DNA of 64,000 nucleotides from the NCBI GenBank assembly GCA_017304675.1, contig JAFKLS010000020.1, positions 54,300 through 118,299 on the forward strand. The letters run 5' to 3'. The position numbers were made by a program, and so were the translations under genes. Below the pieces are notes generated by a model. The model made no database searches, was not told the origin of the DNA, and saw only the letters and a list, made by a program, of their open reading frames with translations. Positions within the stretch are counted from its first letter, which is position 1. Each line of letters starts with the position of its first letter. This DNA is from Sphingobacteriia bacterium (GTDB lineage: Bacteria; Bacteroidota; Bacteroidia; Chitinophagales; Chitinophagaceae). Of this stretch, positions 56,153 to 64,000 are shown piece by piece.

Positions 56153-56176
56153 AAATTCTCCTTTAGGGGTTAGCGA
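56153..56176. repeat. C4/G4 mini hairpin element overlapping the pheA stop codon
   Basis: AAATTCTCCTTTAGGGGTTAGCGA. 21 of 24 nt are identical to 34320-34343. Confidence 0.75.
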
Positions 56177-56997
56177 TTACCGTTTTTATAAATTCCAAAA
56201 ACTGTTAACTCTTCTATCAACGATTGGATTTTATCCATTGCTTTATTGAATTGCTGAATGTTTTCAAATTCCAGATCAGCATGAAAACTGTATTTAAAAT
56301 TTGTTCCGGCAATTGGCATGCTTTGCAGTTTACTAAGATTAATATCTGCTTCAGCGATCTTTGTTAATACTTTTGCCAAACTTCCTTTTGTATGATTTGT
56401 TTGAAAATTGATAGACGCTTTATTTGCGTCATTCACAACAACTTCTTCATCTTTTCTTTTCAGAACTAAAAATCTTGTGTAGTTATTCTTTTGCGTGTGA
56501 ATGTTGGGAGCAGCAATTTCTAAATTGAATAATTCTGCCGCCAGTTTCCCTGCTACAGCCGCTATATGTTTGCTTTTGTGCTGATGAACATGTTTGGCAC
56601 TTAAGGCTGTATCTTCTGTATCCACTAATTTCCAATGATATTTATCTAAATAATCCATGCATTGCTGAATGGCCATTGGATGAGAATGCACTTCTTTAAT
56701 GTCTTCAAGCTTTACTCCGGGATTCACGAGTAAATGTTGTTTGATGGGCAAATACACTTCACCAACAATTTTCAAATTACCCTTTTGTAACAAAGTATAA
56801 TTGGGAAGAATGCTTCCGGCAATGGAATTTTCAATAGCCATTACACCACCATTACTTTCTTTTTTGTTGGAAGCAATTTTCACCACTTCTCTGAAAGTGC
56901 CACAGGGAATAACTTCTACATTATTTCCGAAGTACTGCCTTGCAGCCATTTGATGAAAACTGCCTTCATAACCTTGTATGGATACTTTAACTGACAT
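56170..56997 (-). CDS. pheA: Prephenate dehydratase
   Basis: The PDT domain (IQGYEGSFH...ENSIAGSI) and a C-terminal ACT domain are present. Confidence 0.9.
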   Translation of the reverse strand: MSVKVSIQGYEGSFHQMAARQYFGNNVEVIPCGTFREVVKIASNKKESNGGVMAIENSIAGSILPNYTLLQKGNLKIVGEVYLPIKQHLLVNPGVKLEDIKEVHSHPMAIQQCMDYLDKYHWKLVDTEDTALSAKHVHQHKSKHIAAVAGKLAAELFNLEIAAPNIHTQKNNYTRFLVLKRKDEEVVVNDANKASINFQTNHTKGSLAKVLTKIAEADINLSKLQSMPIAGTNFKYSFHADLEFENIQQFNKAMDKIQSLIEELTVFGIYKNGNR

Positions 56998-57005
56998 AAA
57001 TTAAA

Positions 57006-57028
57006 AATCCCGGCTTTTGACCGGGATT
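57006..57028 (-). promoter_or_regulatory. Attenuator terminator hairpin immediately upstream of pheA
   Basis: On the minus strand the RNA reads AAUCCCGG-UCAAAAG-CCGGGAUU, followed by UUUAAUUU and then the pheA AUG at 56997. Confidence 0.6.
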
Positions 57029-57054
57029 GTATTTTGATTTTTTATTTGCTTTAG

Positions 57055-57141
57055 TTACGCTTTTACAAATACTACCCGGCTACTTGGTTTAAAGTAGTAA
57101 TAAAAAAAATAAAAGAAAGTATTTGCAATTGTTTGTTTCAT
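57055..57141 (-). CDS. Phe/Tyr-rich leader peptide of the aromatic operon (28 aa)
   Basis: My own codon-by-codon translation gives MKQTIANTFFYFFYYYFKPSSRVVFVKA followed by a stop. Nine consecutive aromatic codons lie 27 nt upstream of a terminator hairpin. Confidence 0.6.
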   Translation of the reverse strand: MKQTIANTFFYFFYYYFKPSSRVVFVKA

Positions 57142-57245
57142 AACTGTGTGAAAATACTAACATTTTAATACTGACAAAATATTTTTTTGTTAGCCATTAA
57201 AAAAAATTATGAATAAACGTTTGTTAGTTTTAAATAAAAGACATT

Positions 57246-57271
57246 AAAAAAGCCGCTCTGAGAGCGGCTTT
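57246..57271 (-). terminator. Rho-independent terminator of clpC
   Basis: AAGCCGCTC / GAGCGGCTT 9-bp stem, followed by TTTTTT on the minus strand. Confidence 0.75.
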
Positions 57272-57282
57272 CAGTTTGATTA

Positions 57283-59862
57283 TTATTTTTCAGCTCCGGC
57301 ACTTGCGTTTTCTTCTGCTGTTGTTTCTTTTAATGTAAAAGTTATTTTACCATTCTCTTTATCTAAACCTGCCACCAGTACATCACCGTTTTTTATATGC
57401 ATATTTAAAATTTCTTCTGCTAAAGGATCTTCCAAATATTTTTGAATAGCCCTATGCAATGGTCTTGCACCGAATTGCACATCGTATCCTTTATCTGCAA
57501 TGAATGATTTAGCATCTTCCGTTAATTCTAAACTGAATCCAAGATTCGCTAATCTCTTTGTTACACCTTTCATTAGGATGTCAATGATGCTGAAAATGTT
57601 TTCTTTGCTAAGTGAATTGAAAATAACCACATCATCTATTCTGTTCAAGAACTCAGGAGAAAAAGTTCTCTTCAATGCTTTCTCAATAACTGCTTTATTA
57701 TTTTCTTCCTGGTTTTGTACTCTTGCGGCTGTTGCAAAACCAACACCATCGCCAAACTCTTTCAATTGGCGAACACCAATGTTCGAAGTCATGATAATAA
57801 GCGTATTCTTGAAATCAACTTTTCTACCCAAGCCATCTGTTAGCTGACCATCATCTAATACCTGCAATAAAATGTTGTAAATATCAGGATGCGCTTTTTC
57901 AATTTCATCCAACAGAATTACACAATAGGGTTTGCGGCGAACTTTCTCCGTTAATTGCCCGCCTTCTTCATAACCCACATAGCCCGGAGGAGCACCAATT
58001 AAACGGCTAACAGTAAATTTTTCCATGTATTCGCTCATGTCGATTCTTATTAAAGAATCTTCACTATCGAACATGTAACGAGCTAAACTTCTTGCCAGCT
58101 CTGTTTTACCAACACCAGTTGGCCCTAAGAAGATAAATGTACCAATAGGTTTCTTCGGATCTTTTAAGCCAACCCTGTTACGTTGAATAGCTTTCACCAC
58201 TTTCTGAATAGCTTCATCCTGGCCAATTACCATTCCCCGCATATCATCACTCATTCTACGCAGCTTTTCTGTTTCTGCCTGCACCATTCTTTTTACAGGA
58301 ATACCGGTCATCATACTCACTACCTCAGCAATATTTTCTTCATTGATAGGGTAGCGTTTATTTTTACTTTCCTCTTCCCACTGCGTTTTTGCAGTTTCCA
58401 GTTCTTCCCCTAAACGTTTTTCTTTATCGCGTAACGCTGCAGCTTCTTCGAAGCGCTGGCTTTTTACAACTTTATTTTTTTCATTCTTGATTTCCTCAAT
58501 CTGTTTTTCCAGTTCAACAATATTTTGAGGAACATTGATGTTCTTTAAGTGCACTCTTGCTCCAACTTCATCCAACACATCAATGGCTTTATCAGGTAAT
58601 AACCTGTCGGTCATATACCTGTCGCTCAATTTCACACAAGCTTCAATGGCTTCTGCATCGTATTCAACATTATGGTAATCTTCGTACTTGTTTTTTATAT
58701 TGTTTAATATCTGAATGGTTTCTTCAACACTTGGCGGTTCTACCAATACTTTTTGAAAACGACGATCCAGTGCACCATCTTTTTCAATGTACATTCTATA
58801 CTCATCTAAAGTAGAAGCACCAATACATTGCAATTCTCCTCTTGCCAAAGCAGGTTTAAAAATATTGGAAGCATCCAACGAACCGCTGGCACCACCCGCA
58901 CCAACAATGGTATGAATTTCATCGATGAACAAAATCACATCCCTATTCTTTTCCAATTCGTTCATAATGGCCTTCATTCTTTCTTCAAACTGTCCGCGAT
59001 ATTTTGTTCCTGCCACCAATGCAGCCAAATCTAAACTAATCACACGCTTATCAAATAAAACCCTTGAAACTTTTCTTTGTACAATACGCAATGCCAATCC
59101 TTCAACGATTGCTGTTTTACCCACACCCGGCTCTCCAATTAAAATCGGGTTATTTTTTTTGCGGCGTGAAAGTATTTGAGAAACTCTTTCAATTTCTGCT
59201 TCTCTTCCAACAATAGGATCTAGAGAGCCTGTTTCGGCGAGCTTTGTAATGTCTCTGCCAAAATTGTCTAATACAGGCGTTTTACTTTTGGTATTGGAAG
59301 CTTGTTTACTTCCTGCACCGCGGGGTTGCTGAAAACCGCCTCTTTGTTTCTCATCATCAAAATCATCATCATCATTTTCTGTGAATTCAGATTTTGGTGA
59401 AGAAGTGCCGCTACCAGGTTGTGTACTACCTACAACACCCAATTCGTTCCTGAAAATATCATAGTCCACATCAAACTGGTTTAAAATCTGAGTGGCAATG
59501 TTTTCCTTATTCTTTAAGATACTGAGTAACAAATGCTCTGTTTCTACCAGAGGACTTTTTAAAGCTTTTGCTTCCAGAACGGTAACACGAATTACCTTTT
59601 CTGCCTGCTTGGTTAAGGGAAGGCTGTTAATATTAGCAATATTCTTTCCCGTTTTATCTTTTACTGCCAGTTCTATCTCTTTACGCAATTCGTAAAGATC
59701 AACATTCAATTGCTTTAAAACTTTTATAGCTATATTATCTCCATCTCTTATTAAACCAAGCAGTAAATGCTCTGTGCCGATGAAATCGTTGCCCAACCTC
59801 AATGCTTCTTCCCTGCTGAACGAGATGATTTCTTTTACCTGAGCTGAAAAATTATTATCCAT
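57283..59862 (-). CDS. clpC: ATP-dependent Clp protease ATP-binding subunit (ClpC/ClpA-B family, two AAA+ modules)
   Basis: Clp_N repeats, GEPGVGKT and GPTGVGKT Walker A motifs and a UVR-like middle segment are present. I moved the start to the ATG at 59862 (MDNNFSAQV). Confidence 0.9.
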   Translation of the reverse strand: MDNNFSAQVKEIISFSREEALRLGNDFIGTEHLLLGLIRDGDNIAIKVLKQLNVDLYELRKEIELAVKDKTGKNIANINSLPLTKQAEKVIRVTVLEAKALKSPLVETEHLLLSILKNKENIATQILNQFDVDYDIFRNELGVVGSTQPGSGTSSPKSEFTENDDDDFDDEKQRGGFQQPRGAGSKQASNTKSKTPVLDNFGRDITKLAETGSLDPIVGREAEIERVSQILSRRKKNNPILIGEPGVGKTAIVEGLALRIVQRKVSRVLFDKRVISLDLAALVAGTKYRGQFEERMKAIMNELEKNRDVILFIDEIHTIVGAGGASGSLDASNIFKPALARGELQCIGASTLDEYRMYIEKDGALDRRFQKVLVEPPSVEETIQILNNIKNKYEDYHNVEYDAEAIEACVKLSDRYMTDRLLPDKAIDVLDEVGARVHLKNINVPQNIVELEKQIEEIKNEKNKVVKSQRFEEAAALRDKEKRLGEELETAKTQWEEESKNKRYPINEENIAEVVSMMTGIPVKRMVQAETEKLRRMSDDMRGMVIGQDEAIQKVVKAIQRNRVGLKDPKKPIGTFIFLGPTGVGKTELARSLARYMFDSEDSLIRIDMSEYMEKFTVSRLIGAPPGYVGYEEGGQLTEKVRRKPYCVILLDEIEKAHPDIYNILLQVLDDGQLTDGLGRKVDFKNTLIIMTSNIGVRQLKEFGDGVGFATAARVQNQEENNKAVIEKALKRTFSPEFLNRIDDVVIFNSLSKENIFSIIDILMKGVTKRLANLGFSLELTEDAKSFIADKGYDVQFGARPLHRAIQKYLEDPLAEEILNMHIKNGDVLVAGLDKENGKITFTLKETTAEENASAGAEK

Positions 59863-59944
59863 ATTCTTTTTGGATTTATACAATGATAACGAATATTTTT
59901 GATGATAGTTGTGACCCATTTATGCACAACTGTGACTGATTATT

Positions 59945-60352
59945 ATGATACAGTTCAAAATTGATACCAAGGAGAAATTTACTGTTGTTCATGTGACTGA
60001 ACCACATGTTAATGACAATATGGCTGCCGATTTAGCTGCCGAATGCCTAAAAGTTTTATCGTCTTCCGTAAAAAATCTGGTGCTCAATCTTCAAAGTGTT
60101 GAAAGTGTTGAAAAGGGAGTAGCAGAAAAAATAGCCCGGCTTCAACAAACCTTCTATGAACAAAATACTTCGTTTGTAATTTGTTGCCTTCAGGAAGTGG
60201 TTGAAAAAACATTTGAAGATGAAGATCTGCTTGATTTTTTAAACATCACCCCTACAGAAAGCGAAGCATGGGATATAGTGCAAATGGAAGAAATTGAAAG
60301 AGAATTGCTTGATGGAGGAAACATTGAGTTTGAAGATCATTCAGAAGAATAA
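59945..60352 (+). CDS. STAS-like (anti-sigma-factor-antagonist fold) protein with an acidic tail
   Basis: 135 aa. The pattern FTVVHVTEPHV...LVLNLQSVESV...FVICCL resembles a STAS domain. This is a weak call made from pattern only. Confidence 0.5.
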   Translation: MIQFKIDTKEKFTVVHVTEPHVNDNMAADLAAECLKVLSSSVKNLVLNLQSVESVEKGVAEKIARLQQTFYEQNTSFVICCLQEVVEKTFEDEDLLDFLNITPTESEAWDIVQMEEIERELLDGGNIEFEDHSEE

Positions 60353-60361
60353 TTTAAACCA

Positions 60362-61252
60362 ATGCGATACACATTATTTTTTTTATTCGTCATGAGTGTT
60401 ATAAAAACCCTGCCTCAGAAAGAAATTAGTTTGTATGAAGGCAATATTCCTAACGCAATTCCCTGCGGTAAAAAAGAATTTTCATCCGCACCTGGGAGAA
60501 TCAATAACATCACTACACCAACACTTACAGCTTATCTTCCTGCTAAAACAGATAGTTTAAGCACAGCTGTAATTATTTGCCCGGGCGGTGGTTATGCAAG
60601 GCTGGCCATAGAGCATGAAGGGCATGAAGTAGCAAAAAGATTTAATGAATTGGGCATGGCTGCTTTTGTTTTGAAATACAGAATTCCTAATGATACTTGC
60701 ATGACGAACAAAGAAATTGTTCCGTTACAGGATGCACAAAGAGCCATTCAATTCGTGAGAGAAAAAGCAACAGAATGGAAAATCAATCCACAAAAAACAG
60801 GTATCATGGGATTTTCAGCAGGCGGGCATTTAGCTTCAACCGCAGGAACACATTTTACAGAAACCACTATTGACAATCCTAAACAAATTTCTTTGCGGCC
60901 TGATTTTTTAATTCTTGCTTATCCTGTTATCAGTTTTGAAAATAATGTTCATGAAGGTTCAAGAGATAATTTGATTGGAAAGAATGCATCAGTTGAAAAA
61001 ATTAAATACTATTCGAACGAACAACAGGTAACTGCACAAACACCAATCACTTTTTTGGTGCATGCTGCAGATGATAAAACCGTTCCGGTACAAAACAGTA
61101 TTGATTTCTTTACCGCATTGAAAAAACATAATGTGAAAGCAGAATTGCATATTTATGAAAGAGGCGGGCATGGCTTTGGCTTGCATAATCCAACAACAAA
61201 AGATGAATGGTTTGAAAGATTGATCAATTGGATGAAAGCAAATCAGTTATAA
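60362..61252 (+). CDS. Secreted alpha/beta hydrolase (esterase/lipase-like)
   Basis: PGGGY oxyanion region, the GFSAGGHLA nucleophile elbow, and a C-terminal GGHGF. Confidence 0.8.
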   Translation: MRYTLFFLFVMSVIKTLPQKEISLYEGNIPNAIPCGKKEFSSAPGRINNITTPTLTAYLPAKTDSLSTAVIICPGGGYARLAIEHEGHEVAKRFNELGMAAFVLKYRIPNDTCMTNKEIVPLQDAQRAIQFVREKATEWKINPQKTGIMGFSAGGHLASTAGTHFTETTIDNPKQISLRPDFLILAYPVISFENNVHEGSRDNLIGKNASVEKIKYYSNEQQVTAQTPITFLVHAADDKTVPVQNSIDFFTALKKHNVKAELHIYERGGHGFGLHNPTTKDEWFERLINWMKANQL

Positions 61253-61270
61253 ATAATAGACTTTAAGTTT

Positions 61271-61313
61271 AAAAAAAAAAGGTCAGCTTAATTACGAGCT
61301 GACCTCTTTTTTT
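61271..61313. terminator. Bidirectional rho-independent terminator
   Basis: A10, then an AGGTCAGCT / AGCTGACCT 9-bp stem, then CTTTTTTT. Confidence 0.8.
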
Positions 61314-61337
61314 AACTTATGATTGTTTACTTTTTAC

Positions 61338-62975
<1,638 letters not shown>

Positions 62976-63049
62976 TTAAATTGTTCTGAAAAGTGCCGCA
63001 AAAGTAAGGGTTACAGAAGAAACGGCGCTTTAAGTATTTTATGAAAGCA

Positions 63050-63742
63050 TTATTTTACCTCTTTAATCACATTCCATAATTCAGTTGCTACAAGATCGGT
63101 TCCTTTATCGTTCAGGTGCACGCCATCGGTGGTAAGCAAGCCTCTGTCTGTATTATTGGCATTATTAGCAGCCTCATAGTTAATGAAATAACTTCTGAGA
63201 TCACAAACCGGCAGGCTTAAATCCTGGCCAATTTTTTTAACAATATAGCCATAGCCATCCAGGTCTTTATCCTGTTTATTATCTCCGTCTTTTTTTTCGC
63301 CAATAGCTGCCGGCGTTGCCAGTACCACTTTAATATTGTTGGCCTGTAATTTTTTAATGATGGCCCTGTAGAATTTTTCAAATTTATCCATATCTGTTCC
63401 TGTTCCGGCCAAAACCTTATGCCATACATCATTTACACCAATATAAATTACAACGATATCAGGGTTCTTGGCCAATACATCATCTTCCAAACGCAAATAA
63501 AGATCGTACACTTTGTTACCGCTAATTCCTGCGCCTAGTAATTCATAATTGGTAATATTTTGCTGTTGCAGCAATAATTTCATTTTTGTAATATACCCAC
63601 CTGGCTGAATACCCATTTCCGTAATAGAATCTCCAAAAAAAATTACTTTTCTATTTTTTTGTGTGCTGAAGCCCATAATAAACAGTGAAAATACAAAGAG
63701 TGCAAGCCAAATGATCTTATTGCTCATACAAATTTCTTTCAA
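63050..63742 (-). CDS. SGNH/GDSL hydrolase family protein
   Basis: FFGDSIT (block I), GxND (IGVNDV) and DGVHLN (block V) are present. Confidence 0.8.
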   Translation of the reverse strand: MKEICMSNKIIWLALFVFSLFIMGFSTQKNRKVIFFGDSITEMGIQPGGYITKMKLLLQQQNITNYELLGAGISGNKVYDLYLRLEDDVLAKNPDIVVIYIGVNDVWHKVLAGTGTDMDKFEKFYRAIIKKLQANNIKVVLATPAAIGEKKDGDNKQDKDLDGYGYIVKKIGQDLSLPVCDLRSYFINYEAANNANNTDRGLLTTDGVHLNDKGTDLVATELWNVIKEVK

Positions 63743-63788
63743 GAAAGATACAGATATGTTGAGTGAAAAAAATTTATTGCATAGTTTT

Positions 63789-63820
63789 TTTGGAACATTT
63801 TTGCTGCACCCCTATTTTTG
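63789..63820 (+). promoter_or_regulatory. Candidate Bacteroidota promoter for tRNA-Gln
   Basis: TTTG (63789-63792), a 20-nt spacer, then TATTTTTG (63813-63820), a perfect TAnnTTTG box about 30 nt before the tRNA. Confidence 0.4.
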
Positions 63821-63851
63821 CACCCCAATCGAGAAATTGATGGCTAAGGAT

Positions 63852-63922
63852 TGGGTTATGGTGTAACGGTAGCACTACAGATTTTGGTTCTGTCTGTCTA
63901 GGTTCGAATCCTAGTAACCCAA
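63852..63922 (+). tRNA. tRNA-Gln (anticodon UUG)
   Basis: Manual cloverleaf. Acceptor is TGGGTTA/TAACCCA, D stem GTGT/GCAC, anticodon stem ACAGA/TCTGT with loop TTTTGGT, and T arm CTAGG-TTCGAAT-CCTAG. No CCA is encoded. Confidence 0.85.
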
Positions 63923-63925
63923 CAA

Positions 63926-63959
63926 AAGACCCCGCTGTACAGCGGGGTCTTTGTTTTTT
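63926..63959 (+). terminator. Rho-independent terminator after tRNA-Gln
   Basis: AAGACCCCGCTG / CAGCGGGGTCTT stem, followed by TGTTTTTT. Confidence 0.75.
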
Positions 63960-64000
63960 GCTTTCTTTCTTAAAAGAAGCGTATGCATTAACAATGCTTT

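Overview
This is a chromosomal, mostly housekeeping 64-kb segment that looks like a Bacteroidota genome, probably Chitinophagaceae/Sphingobacteriia-like. That placement is an inference from three things: a T9SS C-terminal sorting domain, typical Bacteroidota DUF families, and TAnnTTTG-type -7 boxes. It is AT-rich by eye. I support about 63 CDS, one tRNA-Gln(UUG), and several strong rho-independent terminators. I found no rRNA, CRISPR array, transposase or prophage. Gene content: lipid A (lpxK, lpxB), cell envelope (murB, BamA/TamA-like, OmpA-TSP3, rlpA), RNA/DNA metabolism (rnr, priA, xerD, DEAD-box helicase, Lhr-like helicase plus PdeM), etfBA, clpC, an ECF sigma locus, a BlaI/BlaR1-TonB pair, and a long minus-strand aromatic amino-acid supraoperon (pheA, aminotransferase, tyrA, DAHP synthase/chorismate mutase, aroB, aroA, aroC). 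Two things stand out. (1) A 28-codon leader ORF with nine consecutive Phe/Tyr codons, followed by a terminator hairpin directly upstream of pheA, looks like a classical translation-coupled attenuator. (2) The window carries a pervasive population of very small repeats. One class is tandem heptanucleotide arrays (AATTGAC, AATGGTG and GTSAAAA families). The other is a ~20-nt C4/G4 hairpin element with core CCCCTGAAGGG, or its variant CCCCTTTAGGGG. Both classes occur in intergenic spacers and also in-frame inside housekeeping genes (aroA three times, the aminotransferase twice, tyrA, murB, the Lhr-like helicase). Inverted heptamer arrays also bracket a four-helix-bundle (23S rRNA IVS/Avd-family) gene wedged into the aromatic operon. 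I see no recognisable defence or toxin system. The mini-repeat population is the least explained signal in the window.
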